DNA of 64,000 bases from an uncultured virus (IMG/VR IMGVR_UViG_3300036761_004198) (lineage: Duplodnaviria; Heunggongvirae; Uroviricota; Caudoviricetes): the IMG/VR virus record IMGVR_UViG_3300036761_004198; one strand, 5' to 3'. A model generated the notes under the pieces. It was not told the origin of the DNA, made no database searches, and worked only from the letters and a program-made list of their open reading frames with translations. Positions 31,218-41,845 of the stretch are shown one piece after another. The position numbers and the translations under genes were made by a program. Within the stretch, counting starts at the first letter, position 1, and each line of letters opens with the position of its first letter.

Positions 31218-32186
31218 ATGAGCAAGCAACAGGTTCGCGCACGCCTGCTCGACACGGTCCTCTCCAGCATCGTCCTGCCGCCGCTTCCGCCTCACGCGTT
31301 CGCGTTCGATCCACAGGAGACGTTCGAGCACAACGCTGCACTCCGATCGATCCTGCTCGGATCGACGTGCATCGAAGCGACGAACGTCGCGCGCTTCTTC
31401 GACGACAACTACATGATCGACAACGACAGCGGCGAGGCGTTCTGGCGCGACCTGAAGTGCCTCGTGCCGCCGCACCAAAAGTTCTTCATCGAGTGGGATC
31501 AGCCCCGCATCCCGAACACCAAGCGCATGGGGATGCTGTTCGTCGCCTGCGCCCCTGAACAAGCCGAAGGCATCTCGCGGGAGATCATCGGCGCGGGCGC
31601 GAAGTCGACCCCGGAGAAGATCGCCGAGTTCCGCAAGGACGCGCGCTGTCGGTGGATCTACCTGACGATGGACTTTCTCGAATTCAAGGACGCCGCGGTG
31701 CACATCTCGGCGCTGCGCGGGCCCTACCACGTCGGAGTCATCTCCGTCGCCGAGGACGGCTCGTTGCTCAACTTCTGGATGAGCCACGGATCGGTCATCT
31801 CCCAGGACGAGTCACTCCAGGTCGCCGCCGCATCGCTCGTCGCTTGGACGACGCTCGCGATGATGAACTGCGCGAACATCGATACCGTCGAGCATCGCGC
31901 ACCTGAGGCGTTCCAGAAGGCACGTGTCCGTAGCGGCAAGAAGCCGCTCGTCTCGTATCACACGGTGCGCGTCGACCTCGACAAGACACCGCAAGCGATC
32001 GCGGCCGAGAGCCTGCCCGGCGACGGCACCACGCCACGACGCCACAAGAAGCGTGGGCACATGAAGGACTACCGCGGCGGCAAGGGCCTGTTCGGGCGCT
32101 ACAAGGGCGTCTGGTATTGGGGCCCGGCGCTTGCCGGATCGGCGGAGAAGGGCGTCATCGTGGCGGACTACGAGGTGACGCCGTGA
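31218..32186 (+). CDS. hypothetical phage protein
   Basis: AAGGAGG RBS; C-terminal RRHKKRGH...W. Confidence 0.7.
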   Translation: MSKQQVRARLLDTVLSSIVLPPLPPHAFAFDPQETFEHNAALRSILLGSTCIEATNVARFFDDNYMIDNDSGEAFWRDLKCLVPPHQKFFIEWDQPRIPNTKRMGMLFVACAPEQAEGISREIIGAGAKSTPEKIAEFRKDARCRWIYLTMDFLEFKDAAVHISALRGPYHVGVISVAEDGSLLNFWMSHGSVISQDESLQVAAASLVAWTTLAMMNCANIDTVEHRAPEAFQKARVRSGKKPLVSYHTVRVDLDKTPQAIAAESLPGDGTTPRRHKKRGHMKDYRGGKGLFGRYKGVWYWGPALAGSAEKGVIVADYEVTP

Positions 32187-32851
32187 GTCGCGAGATCCCG
32201 ACGTGGTGGCCGCCGAAGGTCGGCGACAAGTTGAGGCACTACACGTGGCAGAGCGCGGGAAGCGGTCAGGGAACTTACGGGGAGGCGCTATTGCACGTTC
32301 TATCGGTGTTCGAGGACAAGGACGGCGAGCAGCGCATCGTGACTGCCGAGTGGTTCCCGAGCAAGCGCCGCTGGAACTACGAGGTGTTCTGGTGGTACCA
32401 GGCCGCGCTTGGCACCATCTGGCCCGACGGCACCAAACGGCCGGAGCAGCTGTGATGAAGCCCGAAACCTTCCTGTTCCGCTTCGTCAAGATTCGCGGCG
32501 TGCGCTACCTCCGCCTCGATGACGTCGCTACATTCCTGCGCGAGCTGGGCAGCGCCGAGGAGACCGACGTGCGGAACCGTCTTGATGAAGCGGCTCGTCG
32601 AATCACTGGCAAGGCGTCGCCGTGAAGAAGCTCAAGATGTGGGTCGGCAACCTCGACGGCTCGCGCGAGGGGCTCGTGATCGCGCCGACCAAGGTGCGCG
32701 CGAGAGAGATCCTCGGCTCGCGCACGAGTCGCACCGACTTCGATGCCTACTGGCGAGAGCATCCCGTCGATCTGAGGCTCGAACCCGAGGTCCTCTACAC
32801 GCGGCGCTTCGGCGCGCATGTAGAGGCGTGGTTTCGCGGGAGGTGCCCACT

Positions 32852-33283
32852 GTGACGCTCGTCGATCGTGCAAACACCATCGCGCGCGACATCCGCACGA
32901 GCCTGCTGCGCTACGACGAGACGCCGCGCAACCTCGCCGGTCAGTGCGGGCTCGCCGCGATGCTCGTGGCCGCGGCCCTCGATAACCCGCACGCCCTCCG
33001 CACCGGCTTCTACCTGAAGTTCGAGAGCCTCTTCGGCAAGCGCGGACGTTACCCGCACCGGCACGCCTGGTGTCGCGTCGGGACGATGATCGTCGACGTC
33101 ACCGCGACGCAGTTCGACCGCGGCAACAAGGCCGTGCACGTGGCGCGCTACGACGAAGACACGCGCTACATCGAGACGGCGAGCGGCTGCGACGCGATCG
33201 ACGACATCATGAACAACTGGCGTGGGCGCGAGCTACCCGCGTACGTGCAGCTGGCCAAGGGCCTGCGCAGGAGAGGCGCGTGA
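32852..33283 (+). CDS. transglutaminase/papain-like C-H-D protein
   Basis: GQCGLAA...HAWCRVG..IVDVTATQF. Confidence 0.55.
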   Translation: MTLVDRANTIARDIRTSLLRYDETPRNLAGQCGLAAMLVAAALDNPHALRTGFYLKFESLFGKRGRYPHRHAWCRVGTMIVDVTATQFDRGNKAVHVARYDEDTRYIETASGCDAIDDIMNNWRGRELPAYVQLAKGLRRRGA

Positions 33284-33852
33284 CGAAACGACCGTCGCTC
33301 GATCCGACACGCAAGGTGTCCGAGGGAGGCCATCCCGAGCACCGACTCGCGCTCGGCACCGCCTGCCCGGTGCCGAGCTGTCGCGCGCCAAAGGGTGAAT
33401 GGTGTCCAATGCCCGGGACCACGTGGAACCTGTGCGGGAAGCGCATCAACGTCGCGCGCGGCTACGACGAGCGTGGCAACAAGGTCAAGCCGTGAGACCT
33501 GTCCCCGGAAGCGTCTACGAGGTCGTCAGGCAGTTCACTGTGCAATCAGGGAAGACCTACGATCCCGAAACCAAGGCACTTGAGAGGAAGGCCGACGAAT
33601 GATCACCGCTGAGACGATCACCGACGAGCAGATCCAGGAGCTGCGTAAGGAATTGGTGGCCGAGATCGCACGCCTCGCGAGCACGCCCGAAGCCTGGACG
33701 ATGCCCCTCGACAAGGCTCTCCAAGAAGCGGATTGGGCACTGTCTCAGGGCTGGGGCTTTGTCGTCAACGCCGCGTGCGATGTCCTGGAGGACCGACGAC
33801 GCGCCGCCCGTGCCCGCTGCGCCGAGATCCTCAATGCCCAGAAGGCCCCCAC

Positions 33853-34725
33853 GTGATCTACAAGCTCGACATCCTCGACTCGACCAAGACGCCCGTGAAG
33901 TGGCTCTCGAGCGTCGAGGCGTTCAAGAAGCCGCGCGCGTTCGAGTTCAAGCCTGGGCTCAACGTCTTGTGGGGGCGAAACGGCTCTGGCAAGACGTCGC
34001 TGACCAAGGTGCTCGCGCGCCTGTTCCACTGCGAGCAGGGCAACCAACCGATCGTCACCCAGGAGTCACTCTCTGAGCTAGTTGGCGGTCGAGTCATGGA
34101 CGACATCGATCTCAAGGCGGGCCTGAAGATCACGCACGACGGCCAGGGCGTCCGGCACTTTGACCCCGGTCACGCGGTCGGCCTCATGGGGGGTGGCGCG
34201 GCGTTCGATTGGGCCTTCGGGATGGAGGGCATCGCCAACACGCTGTTCAAGGGATCGGCCGGCCAGACCACGATGTTCCGGTTCGATCGACTCATCAACG
34301 AGATCGTCGCGGGGGAGATTCCCGAGGTTGAGTGGAAGTTCTCGCGCGAGCGCCTCAGCGGCGTCTGGGCAGAGCGCGCCAAGCTCGCGAGCTACTTCCT
34401 CAAGGGCAACGCCGCGAAGGGGCCACCGACCATCTTGCTCGACGAGCCCGAGCGCAGCTACGACCTGAACGCCCAGGTGGGCGTCTGGCGCTTCCTGCGC
34501 GCCTACTCGGATCAGATCCAGTTCGTCGTGGCGTCACACTCGCTGTTCGCGCTCAAAATCCCCGACGCGCACTACATCGAGCTGTCGCCGCACTACCTGG
34601 CCGGCTCCGAGGCCGTGCTCGACATCCTCCAGAAGTGGCCGGAGGAGAAGCCCGCCAAGCCCTCCAAGGAAGCGGCGAAGACCGCGCGCGCGGGCCTGAA
34701 GAAACACAAGGCATCGTCGCGATGA
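33853..34725 (+). CDS. ABC/AAA-family ATPase
   Basis: Walker A GRNGSGKT, signature SAGQ, Walker B LLDEPE, H-loop SHS. Confidence 0.88.
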   Translation: MIYKLDILDSTKTPVKWLSSVEAFKKPRAFEFKPGLNVLWGRNGSGKTSLTKVLARLFHCEQGNQPIVTQESLSELVGGRVMDDIDLKAGLKITHDGQGVRHFDPGHAVGLMGGGAAFDWAFGMEGIANTLFKGSAGQTTMFRFDRLINEIVAGEIPEVEWKFSRERLSGVWAERAKLASYFLKGNAAKGPPTILLDEPERSYDLNAQVGVWRFLRAYSDQIQFVVASHSLFALKIPDAHYIELSPHYLAGSEAVLDILQKWPEEKPAKPSKEAAKTARAGLKKHKASSR

Positions 34726-35072
34726 AGACCAGCGCACGGCGTGCACGCATCAACAAAAAGGAGCCCCGCGAGCGCCTGTCTCGAGCGCTGCGCCGCCAGT
34801 GGTTGACAGGCGCTCTCTTACAACGACGAGGGTTCTGGACGGTGGCGCAGCTCGCCGACACGCTCGACGTGTCCAAGGCGACCTGCCAGCGCGATCTCGA
34901 CCTCCTAGCGGAGCTGTTCATCGTGCGCACCGCGAAAGATCCGCACCACCGCCAGCGCAGCTGCTACCGCATGGTCGGGACGTTCAAACCGAACCTCACA
35001 TTCGAGCCGCTGCTCAAGAGACGTCGCGTCAAACCAGGAAAAGTAGCCGCCAGAAAGAGGAGGTCCGTGTGA
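34722..35072 (+). CDS. winged-HTH protein (HTH_11/DeoR-like)
   Basis: TVAQLADTLDVSKATCQRDLDLL. Confidence 0.8.
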   Translation: MKTSARRARINKKEPRERLSRALRRQWLTGALLQRRGFWTVAQLADTLDVSKATCQRDLDLLAELFIVRTAKDPHHRQRSCYRMVGTFKPNLTFEPLLKRRRVKPGKVAARKRRSV

Positions 35073-35109
35073 AGCCCGCCATGCCTGTACTGATCACGGA
35101 TGTCTGCCA

Positions 35110-35862
35110 ATGGGCCGGCAGGAGGTCCTCTTGAAATCTTATTTGCTCCTTGGCGATACACACAACGACCTCGACTTCGCCGAGAGCGCTGCAAAGCTCG
35201 CGCGAGAACACTCCGCCGAGATCATTCAGCTCGGTGATTGGGGATTCATTTGGCCAGGCACCACGCAGCTTGACGAGCTCTCTGACATGCTCGTTGGGCT
35301 GGGCGTCACGATGCGCTTCATCGACGGCAACCACGATGTTCACCCGACGTTGAAGAAGATATGTGGACGCGTCCGTAGAGGTGCGGTCGTGATCGCGCCG
35401 AACGTGATCTACCAGCCGCGCGGATCGGTGCATGAGGACACGGACGGCACGCGCTTCCTGTTCTGCGGCGGCGCGCCGTCGATCGACCGCGCAAGCCGCG
35501 TCGAGGGGGAGTCATGGTGGCCCGAGGAAACCATCACGGACGCCGAATTCAAGCTCGCAGAGTCGGCGAAAGGTCCCATCCACGTGCTCGTCACGCACGA
35601 CGCGCCCGACTTCCCGCCCGGCTTCTCGGGCAAGGGCTCTCCCGGCTACCAGCGTGATCAACTGCGCTCGATGAAGCTCGTCGATGCACTCATCAAGAAG
35701 CACCGGCCGACACGCCACATCCACGGCCACTGGCACGCGCGATACGATCGCCGGCACGCCAAGGGCACGATCGTGACCGGGCTCGACTGCAACCAGCTCG
35801 ACTCCACGTACCTCGACGACTCCACGCTTTTGTGGTCGCGCGATCAGGAGAAGACACCATGA
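35110..35862 (+). CDS. calcineurin-like metallophosphoesterase
   Basis: GDTH, GDWG, GNHD, THDAP, HGHWH. Confidence 0.9.
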   Translation: MGRQEVLLKSYLLLGDTHNDLDFAESAAKLAREHSAEIIQLGDWGFIWPGTTQLDELSDMLVGLGVTMRFIDGNHDVHPTLKKICGRVRRGAVVIAPNVIYQPRGSVHEDTDGTRFLFCGGAPSIDRASRVEGESWWPEETITDAEFKLAESAKGPIHVLVTHDAPDFPPGFSGKGSPGYQRDQLRSMKLVDALIKKHRPTRHIHGHWHARYDRRHAKGTIVTGLDCNQLDSTYLDDSTLLWSRDQEKTP

Positions 35863-36812
35863 CGAAGCACCCGTGGCCATGTCCCGGCAAGCCCGAGGAT
35901 CTCAAGGGTCAGCCGATCAGCATGTACCACTGCGAGTTCTGCGGCGAGATGCAGCTCGCGGGCGTCCCGCACCTGCCGCCGCAGTTCCCCTCGCAGTGGG
36001 AAGAGCCGTTCCCCAAGGTCGAGGAGCCCATCGAAGAGCCCGACATGGTGTCGTATCCAACGTCGCCGATCAGGATGGAAACCATCGAGCCGATCGGGCC
36101 ACCACACACACGGCCGGCACTCGTGCCTCCATCCAGCTTTCCAACCCTCATGACCCACCCGCCGACCCACCCGCCGATCAAGAACGGCACTCGCGTCAAG
36201 GTGACGCTGCTCCGCTCCGGCAAAGACGACTACACCCGAAGTGCCGTCGCGGCGCGAGCGCTCCATGATGGCAAGACTGGCGTCGTGTTCGAGCACCACG
36301 ACTCTCACGGTCTCTGCTACGGCGTGCGGTTCGAGGAAGGTGACGCCTTCTATGACCCACAGGAGCTGGAGGTCCTGCCGTGACGCGAAACAACCCGCAG
36401 CCCCGCCTCGGCCAGCGCGTCCGTCGCGTCGCCGCGCACTGGGGAATCCCGCCAGGGCAGCTCGGAACGATCGACGTCGTGCACGATAACGGTCGGGACT
36501 TCTGGGTCGCCCCCGATGAGGGCGGCTTCAACGGGTGGACGAGCTACGAGCACTGGACGCCGATCGGGAAGGACGCGGCATGAAGGGTCCGCGGATCGCG
36601 ACGACGAGAGACGGCCCGTTCCGCTACTTCACGTGCACGTGCGGACAGGTCCAGGCGATCAACGAGACCATGCCGTGGTGCTGCAAGTGCGTCGTCGAGT
36701 ACGACGTCAACCGCGTCTCCGTGACGCTGCGCCCCGATCGCAAGACGCCGCGCTTCGCATTCGCGAAGGCCCTGAACGCGAGCGGTGGCATGCGCCTCGG
36801 ACGAGAGAAGCC

Positions 36813-37409
36813 ATGACCGACGTCGACTTCTACGTCAACTTCGTGATGCACGCGATCCTCGGACGTCTCGGCGAGGCGGATCAGCTCATGCGCGTCTGCG
36901 GTGATCCGATCCGTCGCGTCGCGGGGCGCCTCGCCGAGAAGTGTCCGATCCCAACGACGCCGCTCCATCGTGGCCTCTTGCTCGATCCCGAGCAGCCGTT
37001 CGTACTCGATCCCAAGCTCACGTTCCTGTCATGGAGCGAAGATCGCGACGTCGCACTGTGGTTCGCGTGCCCTCGATCGGTCGTCAGCGAGCCGCTCATG
37101 CAGCACAACCCGAAGCTCCGCGGACACGTCATCGAGATCGCGGCACCCCGATCGTGCGTGCTGTTCCACCACAGCTGGGCGGACGTGTTCGGCGGACTCG
37201 CTCCGCTGGCGATCATGCACCCGCTCATGGGCGAGGAAGGGCAGCGGCAGATCGAGTGGTCGCTGAGCACCCAGCGCGAGGTCATTACCGAGCCCGCGCA
37301 CGATCTCCGTCCCGAGCGCGTCACCGACCTCGACACCGCGACGCTCGAGGCCCTGGAGCGACGCCTCTCGCCGCCATGGATCATCGAAGAGGAGGGCGTT
37401 CGACGATGA
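36813..37409 (+). CDS. putative ADP-ribosyltransferase-fold protein (R-S-E)
   Basis: LHRG ... LSWS ... QREV in canonical order. Confidence 0.5.
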   Translation: MTDVDFYVNFVMHAILGRLGEADQLMRVCGDPIRRVAGRLAEKCPIPTTPLHRGLLLDPEQPFVLDPKLTFLSWSEDRDVALWFACPRSVVSEPLMQHNPKLRGHVIEIAAPRSCVLFHHSWADVFGGLAPLAIMHPLMGEEGQRQIEWSLSTQREVITEPAHDLRPERVTDLDTATLEALERRLSPPWIIEEEGVRR

Positions 37410-38129
37410 TGACGAAGAAGAAGAAGAAACCGGCCGTACGCACGAATCGAAAGAAGTCGGGTACGTCGGGTAAGCAGAGCAGCAAAGCCCCGCGCCGAGA
37501 GAGTCGAGCGCTTGCGCGGATGCCGCAGGCCCGCGAGGAGGTTCGCCCTGCCAATCGGCCCGCGGGCGAAGGGCGGGCCAAGGCGAAGATCGATCCGCTC
37601 CTCGACGACCTGCCGGCCGTCACCCTCAAGGACGAGCACGAGGTCCTCGACCACTTCGCGCGCGTCGATCCGCGTCTCGCGGAGGCGTGGAAGCGCGACG
37701 TGGTGGTCCACAAAGGACCGATCACGCTCCGCCGCGTCCTGTATCCCGCGAGCTTCGGCGGTGCGACGCACTACGCGTACGTCGATCGGCGTCTGCTCTG
37801 GTATCTCAGCCACGATCCATCCGATCCGGACGGCGCGCGTTGGGACGGCTACCTGGCCAGTGCTCGCGATGCGCCACCGGGCACGACCGTGGTCGTTGTC
37901 GGCCGTGACATCGTGGTCAAGAAGCGTCCGCCGCAGCTCGGGGAGGGAGGGCGATGAAGCTCACCAAGAAGCAAATCCAGTGCCTGGAGTACGTCGCGAA
38001 AGGCGATCGGCCACCGTTCAAGATCACGACCGTCGAGTCGTTGGCGCGGAAGGGTCTTGTCGAGCACACGTCCCTCGGCTGGCGCATGACGTTGGAAGGC
38101 CAGCTGCTACTTGCAAAGGTGCGCGCAGC

Positions 38130-38624
38130 ATGACGTTGCGACTCACCGCGATCCGCGACCTCGCCTATCGCTTCGTCCCCGGCGCGGCGGCCGACGAGCG
38201 CCTCTACAACTACGGAGCGAAGTCGTGGTGGCCCGCGCACGAGATCGGCCACTTCCTCATCGCCACGCGATCCGAGTGCCGACGGTACATGTTCGGTCTC
38301 GACATCATGTCCCGGACGTCACGGCGCTACCGCTACGCGATCCTGAAGGAGATCGCTGCGATCTCGATCTCGCAGCGCATGCTCCGCCGATCGGGACACA
38401 CGGCGCTCGCCGACGAGGAGATCGAGTACACGGACATGGACACGCTCGACTGCACGTTCGATCCCTGGTGCAAACGCGCGGTCGGCAAGCTGCTACGAGA
38501 GCATCGGATCGTGCGCCTACCGGCCACGCTCGAGGGCATGGAGGCTCTACTCGCGCGCAAGGCCCGCGAGGTCGGAACAGCACCCTACCCGTCGCGAGCA
38601 GCAGCCGAAGGTGGTCAACGATGA
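38130..38624 (+). CDS. HExxH zincin-motif protein
   Basis: AHEIGH with downstream E (KEIAA). Confidence 0.5.
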   Translation: MTLRLTAIRDLAYRFVPGAAADERLYNYGAKSWWPAHEIGHFLIATRSECRRYMFGLDIMSRTSRRYRYAILKEIAAISISQRMLRRSGHTALADEEIEYTDMDTLDCTFDPWCKRAVGKLLREHRIVRLPATLEGMEALLARKAREVGTAPYPSRAAAEGGQR

Positions 38625-39135
38625 GCAAGGGCGACAAAGACGCGCGTGTGCTGCAAGACGCCACCGGCGCGAGATATATGACCTGCCTAGCGCGTGTGCG
38701 CAGCCTTCGCGCGCTCGCGCCAATTCCAATGGAATCCAGTGACGGACGGAGCTTCGAGAAAGCACTCGACTCGTTCATGGACGGTGTCGAGGCACTGCCC
38801 GATCTCGTCGACGGCCAGACGCGCTGCGCGACCTGTCTGCAAGATCTCACACCCGCCAAGCACTGCACGTGCCTATGACAGAAGGAACCACCACGATGGC
38901 GAATGCACGCACCGAGGAGCAGGAGAGCGCGCGGCAGCAACTGATCGACGCCGTCAAGGCGTGGCGTGAGACGCGGTGCCTCTACGCGCGCGCGTATCCG
39001 CCAGGACACGCGATCGGCGACGACTCGCTCTGCGTCGGCGACAACCACCTGGAGGAGTGCCCAGTCGAGAGCGCGCGGCAGGACCTCATCGCCTCCCACA
39101 ACAAGGTCGAGCAGCTCAGAGCGGGCTGAAACCTC

Positions 39136-39858
39136 ATGAAGAAGGGGCAGAAGACACCCGAGGCCACAAAGCAGAAACTTCGTGACGCAGCGCTAGGGCG
39201 TAAACTCACCGAGGAAACGAAACAAAAGATCGGAGCCGCCCACAGGGGAAAGAAGCGCACCGAGGAAACGAAACAGAAGATCAGCAAAGCCCTAAAGGGT
39301 CAGAAGCGCCGTCCACACACTGAGGCCGAGAAGCAAAGAATCGGCGAAGCGTCGAGAGGACGTAAGCATACCGAGGCGCCAAAACAGAAGATCAGCCAAG
39401 CGCTGAAAGGAAAAACACGATCCCCGGAGACGTGTGCCTACTTGAGCAAGATCCGTAAGGGCAAACCAGCTCCTTGGGTCCGAGAGCGAATGCTCGGATC
39501 GAAGATCAAGCTGTCACCGGAAGGGCTTGAGGCAGCCGTCCGCCGAAACAAGGCACGGGCATTGCCCGAAGACGAACGGAAGCGTAGGCGCCAGGAAATT
39601 AGTCGACACTGCCAGCTAAGAGCACGCTACGGCCTATCAGCCGCCGAATACGATCGCTTGCTAGCGCTTCAGGGCGGTGTCTGTCGTATTTGCAAAGAGA
39701 CTTGCAGCACCGGAAAGCGGCTTGCTGTCGATCACGATCATGAAACAGGCAAGGTGCGTGGCCTGCTCTGCCGCCGTTGTAACCGTGGGCTCGGACACTT
39801 CCCGACGGCAGAGCTTCTCCGCAGGGCGCTTGCGTATTGGGAGAGTCATCAGTGCTGA
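39136..39858 (+). CDS. NUMOD3-repeat plus endonuclease VII homing endonuclease
   Basis: Repeats xEETKQKIS/G; QGGVCRIC...LAVDHDHETGKVRGLLCRRCNRGLG. Confidence 0.9.
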   Translation: MKKGQKTPEATKQKLRDAALGRKLTEETKQKIGAAHRGKKRTEETKQKISKALKGQKRRPHTEAEKQRIGEASRGRKHTEAPKQKISQALKGKTRSPETCAYLSKIRKGKPAPWVRERMLGSKIKLSPEGLEAAVRRNKARALPEDERKRRRQEISRHCQLRARYGLSAAEYDRLLALQGGVCRICKETCSTGKRLAVDHDHETGKVRGLLCRRCNRGLGHFPTAELLRRALAYWESHQC

Positions 39859-40649
39859 TCAAAATCACGCAATATTGCAGTCTCGGCTGTTCGCACTGTT
39901 GCGAAGACTCAACCGTCGCCGGGCAGCACATGACCCGCGAGACGTTCCTGGCCGCGCTCGAGCTCACTGAGCGCATGGAGAGCCTCGCGTGGCGCCGCGG
40001 CATCCCGAAGCTTCTCCTCCTCAGCGGCGGCGAAGCCACCGAGCATCCCGACGTCGAGTGGTTCCTGGAGACCGCGCGTGCGGCCGGCTACCAACGGATC
40101 TTGATCACCAACGGTATGTGGCTCGACAACCCCGAGCTGCGCGCGAAGATCCTGCGACCCGACTGGACCGATCTGATGGTCCAGGTGACCAACGATCCCA
40201 GGTTCTACCCCTCGGCGCCCAAGGCCGTGCCGACCGACGATCCGCGCGTCGTGTTCGTGCCGTCCCTGACCTTGCTCGTCACGCTCGGCCGGCTCAAGCG
40301 ATCGCGGCTGCCGGCGGCGCCGCCGGTCCGCAGGGCACCCACCTCGTTCAACCTGCGATCGCTGACCCGATCGCTCCGCGACGTCCGCGAGGCCCTCGTC
40401 ATGCTGCGCGCACGGGCCGCGATAGGGATGTCGGGCAACTGCTCGCCGAGCATCTCGAGCGACGGGACGTTCGTCGCGGGTGAGACCTCGAACTGCTTCC
40501 CGATCGGCGACGTGCACTCGACCGCCGAGGACGTCACCCGCGCGCTCGTCGCCATGCAGTGCAACAAGTGTGGCCTGGTCGACAACCTCAGCCAGGAGGA
40601 GAAGCTCGCGATCGGCGAGGCGCACATCGTGCCCCCGAGGTCTCCATGA
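39852..40649 (+). CDS. radical SAM protein
   Basis: CSLGCSHC, LSGGEAT.HP, ITNG. Confidence 0.88.
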   Translation: MLIKITQYCSLGCSHCCEDSTVAGQHMTRETFLAALELTERMESLAWRRGIPKLLLLSGGEATEHPDVEWFLETARAAGYQRILITNGMWLDNPELRAKILRPDWTDLMVQVTNDPRFYPSAPKAVPTDDPRVVFVPSLTLLVTLGRLKRSRLPAAPPVRRAPTSFNLRSLTRSLRDVREALVMLRARAAIGMSGNCSPSISSDGTFVAGETSNCFPIGDVHSTAEDVTRALVAMQCNKCGLVDNLSQEEKLAIGEAHIVPPRSP

Positions 40650-40902
40650 AGGACCTCGACGAGCTGAACACGCTAGGAAAACACATTCGACGCGAGCTGC
40701 GCCGCGCGAAGGCACCGCTCACCCTGAACGAGATCGCCAAACGCCTGGGCGCCTCCCGCTACGACGTACACGACGCAATCTCGATCAGCCTGCACGGCTG
40801 GATCGAAATCACGCGGGACAACACGTACAAGCTGCTGTGAGGACCGTGCCACGGGACGGCCCAAAAATTCCCTCCTGCTCGCCGGTTGACTAGGATGGGC
40901 GT

Positions 40903-41838
40903 ATGGCCGAGATCCAAATCCATCCCCTCTGCGCCGATGACTGCGAAGGCGAGCGCGGCGAGCGGGGCAAGCGTGGTCACCGCGGTCACCGCGGTCACGA
41001 CGGCGCGGCAGGCCCCGCGGGACCCGCAGGTCCGGCCGGCACGACAGGATCTTCCATCCTATGGTCGCCGAGCGGCAACGGCGACGCGACGACATTCGCC
41101 GAGGTGATGTCGTTCGTTGCCCCAAGCTCGGCGCCGCTGAACATCTACGTCGACGGCAACGCCGTGATCCCAGCGGGTGTCTACGCGATGAAGGGATCAG
41201 GGTTCATCTCCGATCCGATCATCGGATCGTTCACCATCACGATGGCGGACGGCGCGCAGCTCGAGAACCTCGGCTTCGTCGAGGGCCAGATGGTCCTGGA
41301 GGCGAACTCGACGGTGCTGACACCGCTGGTGTTCAACGCCGCGTCGGGCGGATCGCCGAACGCGCTGATCCTGCGCTTCAACGGCATCCTTCGGAACAAC
41401 GGCTCGATCCCGATGATCGAAGTTCCGGGAGGTACCTTCTTCGTGTTGGGGATGGTCCTCAACGCCACGCTGCTGGTGCCTGGCCTGGCACCGATCATCA
41501 ATGCGAACGGCGGCGCGGGCACGGCGATCATCGTCGGCGTCCTGGGCACCGCAGGCATCAACAACAACTGGCTGACCGGCCCCGTCGGCTGCGCGCTGCT
41601 CTACCAGAACCTCGGGGGTGCGCCGTCGCCGCTGCCGACCAACGCGGGCTTCCTGGGAACCACGATCCAGAACCTCTTGCTGGGCGCCTCCTGCACGGGA
41701 CCCGCGACGCGACCTGCCAATCCGTTCGGCCCGCTGCCGATCGGCGCGCTGGTCTTCGATCAGTCGCTCGGCGCAACCGGCAAACCGATCTGGTGGGACG
41801 GGACGCAGTGGGTCGACGCGACCGGCGCGCCAGCGTAG
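40903..41838 (+). CDS. protein with His/Arg collagen-like leader and beta-rich body (possibly structural or surface)
   Basis: DDCEGERGERGKRGHRGHRGHDGAAGPAGPAG; C-terminal GKPIWWDGTQWVDATG. Confidence 0.75.
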   Translation: MAEIQIHPLCADDCEGERGERGKRGHRGHRGHDGAAGPAGPAGPAGTTGSSILWSPSGNGDATTFAEVMSFVAPSSAPLNIYVDGNAVIPAGVYAMKGSGFISDPIIGSFTITMADGAQLENLGFVEGQMVLEANSTVLTPLVFNAASGGSPNALILRFNGILRNNGSIPMIEVPGGTFFVLGMVLNATLLVPGLAPIINANGGAGTAIIVGVLGTAGINNNWLTGPVGCALLYQNLGGAPSPLPTNAGFLGTTIQNLLLGASCTGPATRPANPFGPLPIGALVFDQSLGATGKPIWWDGTQWVDATGAPA

Positions 41839-41845
41839 ATCATCC

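Noticed and set aside
39130..39860. Group I intron around the homing endonuclease
   Set aside because: Flanking genes look complete and there is no non-coding space for intron core elements.
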